Source: an uncultured Alphaproteobacteria bacterium
GTDB taxonomy: Bacteria > Pseudomonadota > Alphaproteobacteria > SMXQ01
Reading direction: 5' to 3'
Assembly (NCBI GenBank): GCA_963752345.1
Contig: CAVVYA010000014.1
Span: 102,310-166,309 of the forward strand
DNA: 64,000 nt
A program made the translations under genes and the position numbers. Of the stretch, positions 24,946-35,943 are shown one piece after another. Position 1 is the first letter of the stretch. Each line of letters opens with the position of its first letter. The notes under the pieces were generated by a model. The model did not search any database. It was not told the origin of the DNA and saw nothing but the letters and a program-made list of their open reading frames with translations.

Positions 24946-27168
24946 GTGTTAAGCCCCGAACTTCAGCAAGCCCTCAAGCTCCACCAGTCCGGCCGCTACC
25001 AGGAGGCCGAAACCATCTATCGCCGGACCATCGCCCAGCAACCGGACCACCCGGTGGTGCCCCACCTGCTGGGCGTGCTGGCGGCGCAGACCGGGCGGCT
25101 CGACGAAGCCCACGATTTGCTGCGCAAGGCGACCGAACTGCAGCCGCGCAATCCGGAGGTGTTCAACGATATCGGCAGCCTCGCCGCGATGCGCGGCCGG
25201 TTCGCGGAAGCGGAAACCTGGCTGCGCAAGGCGATCGCCATCGCGCCCAATCACCTGGGCGCTATGGCCAATCTGGCCAAGGTGCTGCAGCAGCAGGAGC
25301 GGTCCTCCGAGGCGGAAGCCTGCGCCAAGTTTGTGCTGCGCGCGGCACCCGGCCGGCCCGACATGCTCAATGTCCTGGCGCTCAGCCACTACTTCCGCCA
25401 CCGCCTGGCGGAGGCGGAGCAGGTGTGCCGTGAAGGTTTGGCCAAGGCGCCCAATGATGCGGAACTGCACAATACGCTGGGTCTGATCTTGCGCGACTAT
25501 CACCGATTGGACGCCGCCGTCACAGCCTTCGAAAAAGCAATCGAGCTGCAGCCAAAAACCGCGATGCCGCTCTACAACCTCGGCATATGCCATCATCAGC
25601 GCGGCGCCTACACCAGGGCGGAGGCATGCTTTAAAACCGTGCTCGAACGCGAGCCGCAGAATGAAAATGCGAAATATTGTCTTGGCGAAGCCATCGTGGC
25701 GCAGGGTCGAACGGCTGAAGGGCGCGGAATTCTCGATGATGTCCTGCAACGTGACAGGCGCAACTGGCTGGTGCGCTGGTCGCGCCTGCTGACGCTGCCC
25801 ATCATTTATGAAAACCAGGCGCAGCTCGAAGAGACCCGCGCTGATTTCAACCGCGAGCTCGCCGCGCTCGAAGCCGATACACCGCAATACCTGAAAACCG
25901 ATTTACCGAAAATTCTTCGCGGCGCGCAATACAAGACCGACTTCCTGTTGCACTACCAAGGACGCAACGACGTCGCGCTGCAGCGCCGGTTCGGCGGCTT
26001 GATCGCGCAAATAGCGGCGGCCGCCTACCCGGCATATGCGAAGCCGATCGCACCACGCAAGCGCGCGCCGGGGGAACGCATCCGCGTGGGTTTTGCGTCG
26101 GCGCATTTTTACAGCCACAGCGTGGCCAAAACTCATGGCGCCTGGATAACCGAGCTGCCGCGCGACCGGTTCTCCGTGAGCCTGTTCCATCTGTTTGACC
26201 AGACGGACGAAACCACCGAGCGGCTCAAGCAAGACGCGACCTATCACGCCTGCGGCATTTTGGCGCCGGACGAGCTCGTTGCGCGCATCGCGGCCGAGCG
26301 GCTCGATGTTTTGATCTGGCTCGATATCGGCATGGAAGCGCGCGCCCAGATCCCGTCGGCGCTGCGTCTGGCGCCGGTGCAGGCGACCACCTGGGGCCAT
26401 CCGGTGACCTCCGGTCTGCCCAATATCGATTATTACTTGTCGAGCGACCGGATGGAGCCGTCCGACGCCGACAGCCATTACAGCGAGCGGCTGGTGCGGC
26501 TGCCAAATCTCTCGATCGCCTATCCGCGGCCGCCGGCGCGCGGCGGCACCCCGCCCGCGCTCGTGAGCAAGCTCAAGGCGGATGGGCAGATCTTGTTCCT
26601 GTGCGCCCAGAGCCTGTTCAAACTGGTGCCCGAGCATGACGATATTTTTCCCGCCATCGCTCGCGCGCTGCCCAATTCGGCATTTCTCTTTATCGCCCAC
26701 AAGGAAAATTACGCGACACAGATTTTCAGCGACCGGCTGCGTCGGACCTTCGCCGCTGCCGGCATGTCCTCGGACAATCGGGTTTACATCCTGCCGCGCC
26801 TGAGCCAGGAGGATTTTTTCGCGCTCAATCGCGAGGCCGACGTGGTGCTCGACAGTGTCGGTTGGGCCGGATGCAATTCCACGCTCGAGGCGCTCGCGTG
26901 CGACAAGCCCGTCGTGACGCTCCCCGGCGAAACCATGCGGTCGCGCCATGGGCTCGCCATCCTCGGCATGATCGGCATGACGGAGCTGATTGCGCGGGAC
27001 AAGGCCGAGTATGTCGAGATCGCAACCCGGCTCGGGCGCGACCCCGAGTGGCGTCAGGAGATCACGACGCGCATCGCCGCGCGAAAGGACGCGCTCTATG
27101 GCGACCGGGCGCCGCTCGACGCACTCGCGGCGTGGCTCGAAGTCCGTCGCCGGCGACCGCGAAGCATA
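24946..27168 (+). CDS. Divergently transcribed paralog of the TPR/GT41 glycosyltransferase-like protein. A terminal frameshift makes the ORF appear to read on to 27963.
   Basis: LSPELQQALKLHQSGRYQEAETIYRR... TPR repeats, then GFASAHFYSHSVAKTHGAWITELPRDRFSVSLFHL...; the likely true stop is the TAA at 27166-27168 (compare copy 1, which ends ...LAAWLERVAGRAS*). Confidence 0.7.
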
Positions 27169-27186
27169 ACAGAAAATTCGCAGAGG

Positions 27187-27774
27187 TTAGCGGCTCGCCT
27201 GTTCGACGCGGAGCTGCCGCGCGCGCATCAGAATAGCGTCTTCCAGGTCTTTTGCGGTCTGGTTGTCGACGGCGGTGTCGATCCAGCTCCCGCTCGTTTC
27301 ACGGCGCTGCTGGAACAGCGTGACGCGAATGCCGTCGGCGCGCAGGTCGCGGTCGAGGATATAGGCGTTCGCCTTGAAGCGGCGGTCCGGGGTTTCGGGC
27401 GGGGTGTACCAGTCGGTGATGATCACGCCGCCGAACGGATCCGCCGCGGACAGCGGCATGAAGGACAACGTGTCGAGCGAGGCGCGCCACAGGAAGCTGT
27501 TCACCGCGACGCCGGTGCCGGCGCCGCCCTCTTCCTTCTTCTTGCCGAACAGGATGATGCCGTCCTTGCCGAAGATGCTGCCCGAGCCGCGCGCTTCCTT
27601 GCGCGCTCGCTGGGTTTCCCTGTCGTCCATCGGATAGTTGGTGCTGTCGATCTCGGGCGGGCTGCTGCAGGCCGCGAGCAAGGGTGGCAGGAGCAACACG
27701 GCCAGGAGAGCGCCGACGATGGAAAGCCGGCCATGGGCGCGGCGGGAAGACGGAGCAACGGCAAATCTGAACAT
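27187..27774 (-). CDS. Conserved lipoprotein of unknown function.
   Basis: Signal peptide plus lipobox (LLAACSS). 195 aa ORF. Confidence 0.5.
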   Translation of the reverse strand: MFRFAVAPSSRRAHGRLSIVGALLAVLLLPPLLAACSSPPEIDSTNYPMDDRETQRARKEARGSGSIFGKDGIILFGKKKEEGGAGTGVAVNSFLWRASLDTLSFMPLSAADPFGGVIITDWYTPPETPDRRFKANAYILDRDLRADGIRVTLFQQRRETSGSWIDTAVDNQTAKDLEDAILMRARQLRVEQASR

Positions 27775-28202
27775 GAGCTATGTATAGAAAACAGCTGGGC
27801 AAATTGCCAGCAATTTGGCAAAAGGACTCAGAAATGCTTGAAAAGCAAGCGTTTCGCGATTCCAGTCGAGGCCGCGGCACGCGCTGATGAATGCTGCGGC
27901 CCTTGTGGAGGCGCCGGCAGGGCCGCGCGTTTATCCGCTTGTCGAAAAGCAGGGTGCGGATAACGCCGGCAGGCTGACCTATGTCATGGCCGCCGTCGAG
28001 CGGAAAACCCAGTGCAACGATTTTCGCGAGAGCGTGTAGCGTCGAATTGGAGCCGGTTCGGCGGAGAAAACGCGATTCGATCGAGATTCGAGAGCATGGT
28101 CAGAGTCCATGGAAGCGGATCATGCTTTCGGGCTCGCCGGGTGGCGGGGCTGAACTCGAATGCCATGCAACCACGGAAACCGCCAAGAGAAGACGAACCT
28201 CG

Positions 28203-28239
28203 CCAACAAAAAGGGGCAGCGGGATGACCCGCTGCCCCT
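28203..28239 (-). terminator. Rho-independent terminator of porin copy A.
   Basis: GGGGCAGCGGG-ATGA-CCCGCTGCCCC hairpin, followed by a T-run on the minus strand. Confidence 0.6.
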
Positions 28240-28266
28240 CTTGAGGCACGCACGCGAGTGGAGTTT

Positions 28267-29424
28267 AGAACTGCACGCCGATGCCGGTGATGATCGCCAT
28301 GCCTTCGTTGTCGAAGCTCGTGGCGTTGTTCGCGGCGCTGTCGACATCGAACCAGATGCCTTCGAGGTAGACGCTCAGGCCGCTGCCCATGTCGTAGGTC
28401 ACGCCGGCAGACGCGACTTGCAACACATGCTCGCCGGTGCTGTTGATGCGGCCCGCTTCGCTGCGCAGGTAGCCGACGGCGAAGTCCCAGGCGCCCATGT
28501 TGTAGCCGACGCCGACGTCCCAACCGTGGGTGTCGCCGTTGGTGGCCGTCCGGGCCAGACCACGATCGTTGTTGTGAGAATAGCCGGCGCCAATGCTGAA
28601 GCCGGCGAAGCCCACCAACGCGCCGACGCCCCATGAACGGGTGTCGTTGCGCAGGGTGTTTTCGTTGATCGGCCAGCGAAGCCACAGCCGACAGGTTGAC
28701 GCGGAACTCACCGAACTTCTGGTCGTAGTTGGCGCCGAATTCCCAGAAGTTCTCTTCGCTGCCGCTGGCCACGGTGTCCGGGTCGCGGTAGCGGCCGTCG
28801 TCGTTACGGTCGGGCGAGAACGCCACGCCGGCCTGGAAGCCGGCGAAGCGCGGGGTGATGTAGGCGATCTTCGTCGCATCCGACGAATCGCGCGGATCAT
28901 TCGCATTCGACATCACGCGGGCGCTGGCCGTGGTCCAGTTGACCCAGCCGCGGAAGTCGCCCGCCGACGCCGCCCGAGCCGGCGTCACCGACCGCGCGCT
29001 TGGTGCCGGTCTTCATGGTGTCGGCCGGACCGTCGTCGTTACCGAAGAACACCTGGCCCCAGGCGCCCGACAGGGTCAGCGTCGCTTCGTCGGCGGTGGT
29101 CGCGTCGACGTCGCCGTCGGTCGAGTTGTTGCCGTCGTCGGTGTTGGCCTCGAGTTCGATCTTCACCGACCAGGCCAGGCCATTGTCGAGCTTGTCGCTG
29201 ACGCGGACGATGATTTCGTTGTCCGTGACGAAGCCGTAGCCGCGCTCGTCGGCCACGGGGGAATAGCCCGGTGACGGGCCGAAGCCGTCGATGTCCTGGC
29301 TGGCCATGCCAACCTGGAAGTTGAAGAAGCCGCCGATGCGGACTTCCGGCTTGGCCATGGCCGCCGTGGCCATGAAGGAGGCGCCGACAATCGCCGTCGT
29401 CCCCAAAAGCAGTTTTTTCATCAT
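28267..29424 (-). CDS. Alphaproteobacterial outer-membrane porin, tandem copy A, with at least two frameshifts.
   Basis: Signal peptide MMKKLLLGTTAIVGASFMATAAMA. The C-terminus ends in ...GIGVQF (the terminal Phe is the outer-membrane beta-barrel signature). Single-nucleotide insertions near 28675 and 28975 relative to copy B. Confidence 0.7.
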
Positions 29425-29715
29425 ATCCTCCGGTTAAATCCCCCTGCAAACCGTCGACGAGGGATGCATGAACGGTTTTGGACGGTTCCTACCTGTCCCG
29501 TCCCATCTCCGGAGGGTCTCCCCCACCGGACGTGCTCTACGGACACACCGATGGGATACACTGTTCCGTATAGACCTACAATCCTGTCTGATTATTTCGC
29601 GGGGGTCAGTCACAGTTTGGCCACACTGTGGTTAATAGACTTGCTATTTCAAAGAGATAGAGAAAAAAGCAAGTTCCCAGATAGGACCCCCGCGGAGCTC
29701 GGGGTGCTCCCCTTT

Positions 29716-29754
29716 TGGTAAAGAAAAGGGGCAGCGGGATGACCCGCTGCCCCT
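29716..29754 (-). terminator. Rho-independent terminator of porin copy B.
   Basis: The same GGGGCAGCGGGATGACCCGCTGCCCC hairpin as after copy A. Confidence 0.6.
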
Positions 29755-29780
29755 CTTGAGGCACGGCACGGAGTGGAGTT

Positions 29781-30932
29781 TTAGAATTCCACGCCGATGC
29801 CGGTGATGATCGCCAAGCCTTCGTTGTCGAAGCTGGTGGCGTTGTTCGCGGCGCTGTCGACATCGAACCAGATGCCTTCGAGGTAGACGCTCAGGCCGCT
29901 GCCCATGTCGTAGGTCACGCCGGCAGACGCGACTTGCAACACGTGCTCGCCGGTGCTGTTGACGTTGCCGGCTTCGCTGCGCAGGTAGCCGATGCCGAAG
30001 TCCCAGGCGCCCATGCTGTAGCCGACGCCGACGTCCCAACCCTTGGTGTCGCCGTTGGTGACCGTCCGGGCGAAACCACGATCGTTGTTGTGAGAATAGC
30101 CGGCGCCAATGCTGAAGCCGGCGAAGCCCACCAACGCGCCGACGCCCCATGAACGGGTGTCGTTGCGCAGGGTGTTTTCGTTGTCGGCCAGCGAAGCCAC
30201 AGCCGACAGGTTCAAGCGAACCTCACCGAACTTCTGGTCGTAGTTGGCACCGAATTCCCAGAAGTTCTCTTCGCTGCCGTTGCCGTCCGGATCGCGGTAG
30301 CGGCCGTCGTCGTTACGATCGGGCGAGAACGCCACGCCGGCCTGGAAGCCGGCGAAGCGCGGGGTGATGTAGGCGATCTTCGTCGAATCCGACGAATCGC
30401 GCGGATCATTCGCATTCGACATCACGCGGTTGCTGGCCGTGGTCTAGTTGACCCAGCCGCGGAAATCGCCCGCGACGCCGCCCGAGCCGGCGCTACCGAC
30501 CGCGCGCCGGGTGCCGGTCTTCATGGTGTCGGCCGGACCGTCGTCGTTACCGAAGAACACCTGGCCCCAGGCGCCCGACAGGGTCAGCGTCGCTTCGTCG
30601 GCGGTGGTCGCGTCGACGTCGCCGTTGGTCGAGTTGTTGCCGTCGTCGGTGTTGGCCTCGAGCTCGATCTTCACCGACCAGGCCAGGCCGTTGTCGAGCT
30701 TGTCGCTGACGCGGACGATGATTTCGTTGTCCGTGACGAAGCCGTAGCCGCGCTCGTCGGCCACGGGGGAATAGCCCGGTGACGGGCCGAAGCCGTCGAT
30801 GTCCTGGCTGGCCATGCCAACCTGGAAGTTGAAGAAGCCGCCGATGCGGACTTCCGGCTTGGCCATGGCCGCCGTGGCCATGAAGGAGGCGCCGACAATC
30901 GCCGTCGTCCCCAAAAGCAGTTTTTTCATCAT
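29781..30932 (-). CDS. Outer-membrane porin, tandem copy B, with an in-frame TAG at 30446-30448.
   Basis: About 96% identical to copy A. W(TGG)->stop(TAG) at the GWVN-W-TTAS position. The C-terminus ends in ...GIGVEF. Confidence 0.7.
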
Positions 30933-31292
30933 ATCCTCCGGTTAAATCCCCCTGCAAACCGTCGACGAGGGACCAAATTCGTCTTTGGCCAGCGCCATCC
31001 TGGTGCCGCCGAATGCCCAAAAAGTGACCTTAAACATCACGTTTCAGGCGTGCCGTAGAAGCACGGCGCTATAGAACAAGTCCCATGGTAAACAGGCAAC
31101 TTTCTTCGGAACTTATTGGATTGATTGAAAGAAAACGTTGCCACGAAGACACACGTTCATACTGTTCTGTCTTCGTAGACAGGATTTTCTAATCCGCGCG
31201 GCGTCATGAAAATCTCACCAAACCCGGGGAGGAAAAACAGCAGGGCCTCAACCCATTGCGGATGACGAGACGGTCGGTCTATTCGATTGAGG

Positions 31293-32543
31293 TCAGCGGC
31301 GGAGGCCCGGTGTTATCACGCCCATGGCTTCGAGGGATCGCAGGATCTCGTCACACCGGTCTTCGTCCAACTCACCAAAGACCGCATGGAATTCCGACTT
31401 GGCGAAATTGCTCCGCGCGACGATCCACGCCACCGCGCGGTCGAAACCGGTCGGAATGGCCGTCGCCTTGTCGGCCTTCCGTAAAACCCACGCGCTGCCG
31501 CGACGGACGACGGAGAAGCCGCGCGTCACTCGATAGTTGCCACTGTCGAACACGGCTTTCGACAAAGCGAAACCGCCACGAGGATATCGGTAGGCGTCTT
31601 GGAAGGCGCGCACCTCCGTCGCGGTGCGGGGATCCGCCGCCAGTTCGGCAAGCCGTTGCGCGAGCGCCGCGAGATGCCGCTCGAAAGCGGCCTCCCCGCC
31701 CGGCGCGTGGCGGCGCGGAAAGTCGCGGCGAAACAGCGGGTCTTGCAGCGCGCGTTCGAACAGGCCGGACACCAGGTCGAGTCCGATCACGGCGACGGCG
31801 CCGAACGCCACATGCAGCGTTCCGTCGCTCTGTGCGATGGCATCGTGATACGTGCCGCGCGGGATGTACAGCAGATCGCCCGGCCGCAGCAGAATCTCGG
31901 CGGCGATTTTGCCCTTGGACGATTCATGAAACGACGCGGGCTGGCCCTTGAACGTGGGATGCGAGACGGGATGATCCAGGCGTCCCTCATAGATGCGCCA
32001 AAGCTTCTCGCCCTCGACGTGCAGGGCATAGACATCATGAGTGTCGAAGTGACTGGGAAACGCCTGGCGTTGCCGCGACGAGCAATAGAGGTTTCCCTGG
32101 ACCCGCGATTCAAGGGCCGTTTCCAGTGCCTGGGCCACCGCCACCAGGCCTGGGTTGAACGTATCGATATCGTTGAGCAGCAGGCTGGCGCCGTCCTTCA
32201 ACAAGGCGGTGACCCGCGCCGGATCGGGCTGCAGGCTGGCGCCGCCGCTGGCATGGTCCAGGCCAGGCCGGCAATAATCGCGCGCCGGCAGCAGAGCGCC
32301 GTCGAGCGCCATTTCGAACGACCGCGGAGTCCACACAGCGGTCATGTTGAGCAGCGCGTTCAATCCCGTCCAGGACATCACGCCGGCGAATTTATCCGCG
32401 GCACCGGGTACGTGAAGCACTTTGCGACCGTGATATTCGGCGAAGAACCGGTCAGCCGGCACAGGGGCGATAATATCGGCGAACGTCAAACCGCCGGCAT
32501 CATCAGCAGGCCAGTCTCCCGTGCTCGTGTCGTTCTCTGTCAT
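31293..32543 (-). CDS. Cupin-4 / JmjC-like oxygenase family protein (YcfD/RoxA-like).
   Basis: HFDTHDV...H...YHDA looks like a 2-His-1-carboxylate iron site. Intact 416 aa ORF. Confidence 0.5.
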   Translation of the reverse strand: MTENDTSTGDWPADDAGGLTFADIIAPVPADRFFAEYHGRKVLHVPGAADKFAGVMSWTGLNALLNMTAVWTPRSFEMALDGALLPARDYCRPGLDHASGGASLQPDPARVTALLKDGASLLLNDIDTFNPGLVAVAQALETALESRVQGNLYCSSRQRQAFPSHFDTHDVYALHVEGEKLWRIYEGRLDHPVSHPTFKGQPASFHESSKGKIAAEILLRPGDLLYIPRGTYHDAIAQSDGTLHVAFGAVAVIGLDLVSGLFERALQDPLFRRDFPRRHAPGGEAAFERHLAALAQRLAELAADPRTATEVRAFQDAYRYPRGGFALSKAVFDSGNYRVTRGFSVVRRGSAWVLRKADKATAIPTGFDRAVAWIVARSNFAKSEFHAVFGELDEDRCDEILRSLEAMGVITPGLRR

Positions 32544-32573
32544 CGCGCCGCTGTCACTCTCCGCTGACGCACC

Positions 32574-33320
32574 TTACCATCTGGCGGCGGTTGCGCGCAC
32601 TGCCGTTGCATCAGACCTCCGGCCGCGCGGGTCAACAGGCGGCGCGAAAGCGCCGATGCCGGCCAAGCCGCAGGCTTCACTCGCCCGCAAGCGCGCAGCG
32701 GATCGGTTGTCGATGCCACCCAAGGCATAAACCGGGATTGGGCTCGCGCGCGCCCAGGCAGCAAAACGCAAAGGCCCGAGGGTTCGCGCGCCGGGATGGC
32801 TGGCGGTCGGGAAGACCGGCGAAAGCAAAACGGCATCCACACCGCGCGCCGCCGCGAGCCGGAGCGCCGGCGCTGAATGAACCGAGGCGGTGACCCGCCA
32901 GCCAGGCCCGCGGAAGCGCCATGCGGACAGCCGTCCGCGGCGCAACAGCCATTCCGAAAGGTGCAACCCGTCCGCGCCAACGGCACGTGCCACATCGGCG
33001 CCACCTCGCTCATCCGCCGCGATCAGCAGCAGGCAGCCGCGCTTGCGTGTGATGGCGCGCAGCGCGCGCGCGAGCGCGACGCGTTCGCTCTTGGCAATGC
33101 CGTAATGGCGCAGAATGACAGCGGAGCCACGCGGCAGGTGCGCCGCCGCCGCGATCGGATCGGCGAGCCGCTGGTCGTCGGTCAGCAGGATCAGCGCCGG
33201 CAGGCGACCCGGGCGCTGTCCTCGCGCCTTACCATCAGCCCCCCGGCAGGAGCTCTCGTTCGGCGTCAGGCGACGGCGGGCTCGCAAATTGAGGCGCCGC
33301 GCATCATCTGTTAAACTCAT
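32574..33320 (-). CDS. Thiamine-phosphate synthase (ThiE/TenI) family protein.
   Basis: LILLTDD...ADGLHL...LLSPVFPTASHPGARTLG...PVYALGGI. Confidence 0.5.
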   Translation of the reverse strand: MSLTDDARRLNLRARRRLTPNESSCRGADGKARGQRPGRLPALILLTDDQRLADPIAAAAHLPRGSAVILRHYGIAKSERVALARALRAITRKRGCLLLIAADERGGADVARAVGADGLHLSEWLLRRGRLSAWRFRGPGWRVTASVHSAPALRLAAARGVDAVLLSPVFPTASHPGARTLGPLRFAAWARASPIPVYALGGIDNRSAARLRASEACGLAGIGAFAPPVDPRGRRSDATAVRATAARW

Positions 33321-33363
33321 TGGATAATCAGGCGCTCCTGTCAGCAAAGCATCCGACATTGCC

Positions 33364-34095
33364 ATGGCGACTTCCGCTCCGCAAAGCCCTTCCCAGCGCT
33401 CCGTGCAGTCCGTCATAGCCCGGCTCAACCAGGTGCGCGACGAAATTGCCGTCGCGGCGCGGGCCGTCGGCCGCGAGCCCTCCGGCGTCACCCTGATCGC
33501 GGTCAGCAAGGGCCATGGACAAGCGGCCATTGGAACGGTGATGGCGGCTGGCCAGCGGGTGTTCGGCGAGAACCGGGTTCAGGAAGCGCAATCGAAGTGG
33601 CCCGAGTTGCGTCAGCGTCATCCCGGACTCGAGCTGCACATGATCGGTCCGCTGCAGACCAACAAGGTCCGCGAGGCGGTCGCCTTGTTCGATGTCATTC
33701 AATCGCTCGATCGGCCCAAGCTGGCCGACGCCCTCGCCGCCGAATTCGAACGCAGCGGCCGCCGGCCGGGCCTGTTCATCCAGGTCAATACCGGCGAGGA
33801 GCTGCAGAAATCCGGCGTCTTGCCAAAGGAAGCGCCCGACTTCATCGCCTATTGCCGCGAGGAGAAGAAGCTGCCGATCCGCGGTCTGATGGGCATTCCA
33901 CCGGTCGAGGACGATCCCGCGCTGCACTTCGCGCTGCTGCGGGAATTGGCGCACAATGCGGGTCTCGCTCAGCTGAGCATGGGCATGAGCGCCGATTATC
34001 CCGTCGGCGTGCGTTTCGGCGCCACGCATGTGCGCCTCGGCACCGCGGTGTTCGGCGCCCGTCCGCCGGCGCCCCTGGCCGCTAGCCCGGACTGA
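33364..34095 (+). CDS. yggS: YggS-family pyridoxal-phosphate homeostasis protein.
   Basis: TLIAVSKGHG...HMIGPLQTNKVR...LSMGMSADY. Confidence 0.8.
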   Translation: MATSAPQSPSQRSVQSVIARLNQVRDEIAVAARAVGREPSGVTLIAVSKGHGQAAIGTVMAAGQRVFGENRVQEAQSKWPELRQRHPGLELHMIGPLQTNKVREAVALFDVIQSLDRPKLADALAAEFERSGRRPGLFIQVNTGEELQKSGVLPKEAPDFIAYCREEKKLPIRGLMGIPPVEDDPALHFALLRELAHNAGLAQLSMGMSADYPVGVRFGATHVRLGTAVFGARPPAPLAASPD

Positions 34096-34612
34096 CCGTC
34101 AAAAAATTCTCGGCCCCGCAAGCCGCGAGCAATTGCAGCAGATCGGCGCGCGCCACCGCGACGCAGCCTTGAGTCGGCGCGTAGTCCGGCCGTGCGACAT
34201 GCAGGAAGATCGCGCTACCCGCGCCGGCGACCGGCGGGTCGTCGTTGTGACCGAGCACCACGATGATGTCGTAGATCTCATCGAGCCGCCACAGGTGCTC
34301 GTGACTCGCGGTAATCGGCAAGCGGACCTGGCGATTGTAGTCCGGACTTGCCGGATCGTCGCACCATCCATCGCCGGGCTCGATGGCGGCGCTTGGCAGG
34401 GCCGTCGACGGCAGGCTCAGGCGGTCGGCGCGAAAGAGCACACGGCGCACCGGAAATCGCCCGATCGGCGTGGCGCCGTCCCCTTCCCGCTTGTTGGCGA
34501 CGATGCCGCCGCGGCCCAGTGCGCATTTTACCGTGCGCTGGCCCGCTGCGGTCGGCCAGCTCAGCGTCCCCAGTTGCGGACTGATGGAGCGCGCGGTGAC
34601 GAAAATGTCCAT
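34082..34612 (-). CDS. L,D-transpeptidase (YkuD-domain) family protein.
   Basis: AIFLHVARPDYAPTQGCVAVARADL looks like a His...Cys catalytic motif. Confidence 0.5.
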   Translation of the reverse strand: MDIFVTARSISPQLGTLSWPTAAGQRTVKCALGRGGIVANKREGDGATPIGRFPVRRVLFRADRLSLPSTALPSAAIEPGDGWCDDPASPDYNRQVRLPITASHEHLWRLDEIYDIIVVLGHNDDPPVAGAGSAIFLHVARPDYAPTQGCVAVARADLLQLLAACGAENFLTVSPG

Positions 34613-34668
34613 GACCGCACTATACCGTCAGGAGAGCGAATACATCAGGGGCGCTGGACGCCCGCCCC

Positions 34669-35776
34669 TCAGTGCGAAAGGTCGATGCTCGGCGCGGGCG
34701 CGGCGCGCCCGGCCTGATATTTATCCAGCGCCTGCTGCATCTTCATCAGGAAATCGGGTCCCACGTCCGGAACGGCCGCGCCATTCCGATGCCCGCCTGG
34801 TTTGCGCGTGCTGCTGTCGTCGCGGTCGCCGGCTTCGGCATCGAACGTCAGCGCGCGCGGATCCTGCACCGCATGGTCGAGCCAGGTCGAAGCGCCGAGC
34901 GGCGCGCCGCCGTTCGCCTTGGCGCGGGCCTCGGCGCTTGGCGCGATCATGCCATGGCCTTTGATGGCGGTATCGATGCGGCCGGTCGGCTTCTGGGCGG
35001 CGGCCGCGCCGCCCAGGCGCATTTCCCGCAGCAAGGCCGGATCGGCCGCCAGGGTCTGGGCCGTGGGCAGGTTGGCCGGGATGACGCCGGCGTGGCCCTT
35101 TGCCGTCAGCGGCACGTGCCGACCTCCCGCGCCCATCTGGGCGTTCCCCGCCGGGACGTTCAGGGGATGGTTGGCCGCCACAGGCGAATTCTGAGCGGCG
35201 CCGGATGAGCCATTCGTGGATGGCACGATGCCACCCGCCGAGTCCGCGAGCTTGGCGGCAGCCGATGGCTCGCCGTGCGCCGCGGCGCTCGGCGTTTCGG
35301 CACTGCCGGCGTCGGCCGCCGATGCGAGCAGCGGAGCGGTATCCGGCAGGTTCATGAGGCCAGCCATCTGCGGCCGCTGACCCCGCTTTTCGTCGTGAAC
35401 GGCCCATTGTGAGACCGGATCGGGATCGGGCAGCATGGCCAGGACATGGCTGCCCGTGTCCTTGCCGGTAATGGCTTCGACCGCCGAATCGGCGGCCGAT
35501 GCGACCAGGCCGACGATGCCGCCGAAAATTGCGCCGCCCATCATGCGCGGCGCTGGCCCGATGGTGTCGCCCGTGATCGCGCGGTAGATCGTCGACACCA
35601 CGGGGATATGTTGCAAAGGATTGATGGCGTCGAGCAGCGCGCCGAAGCTGAATCCTTCCTTGCCCCACATGCGATCCCACAATCCGCGCTCCTCGGCGGG
35701 CACGTTCGCCGGCGCGGCCGGGCGGGCGGCCGGTTCGGCGGGTGGAATGGACGCCAGGGCGCTGATCGGGGTCATC
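34669..35776 (-). CDS. Hypothetical Ala/Pro-rich protein with a conserved N-terminal region.
   Basis: Long ORF with a low-complexity A/P/G-rich centre. No recognisable domain. Confidence 0.35.
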
Positions 35777-35943
35777 GGGAGTCCGGGCAATTGGTCTGCG
35801 CTGACTCTCAAGCAAGCGCGGTGCCAGACTCGTCGCCCAGACAAATCAGTTGGTTAACAGCAGAACCGCTTGGCACGCCTGGCATTTTCGGTCGCGTCGC
35901 GGGCGCGCGCGGCAGTTTTTGCCGGGTCACCGAGGCTGGTGCG

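Larger units (their letters stand above)
28203..30975 (-). repeat. Tandem direct duplication (two units of about 1.5 kb) containing the porin gene and terminator.
   Basis: Near-identical sequence blocks at 28203-29460 and 29716-30975. The upstream promoter regions diverge after about 45 bp of shared 5'UTR. Confidence 0.8.

Noticed and set aside
24703-27963. 1086 aa ORF extending beyond the TPR-GT41 paralog.
   Set aside because: The 5' extension lies in the divergent intergenic region. The 3' extension follows a terminal frameshift and overlaps the convergent lipoprotein gene. The true stop is most likely at 27166-27168.
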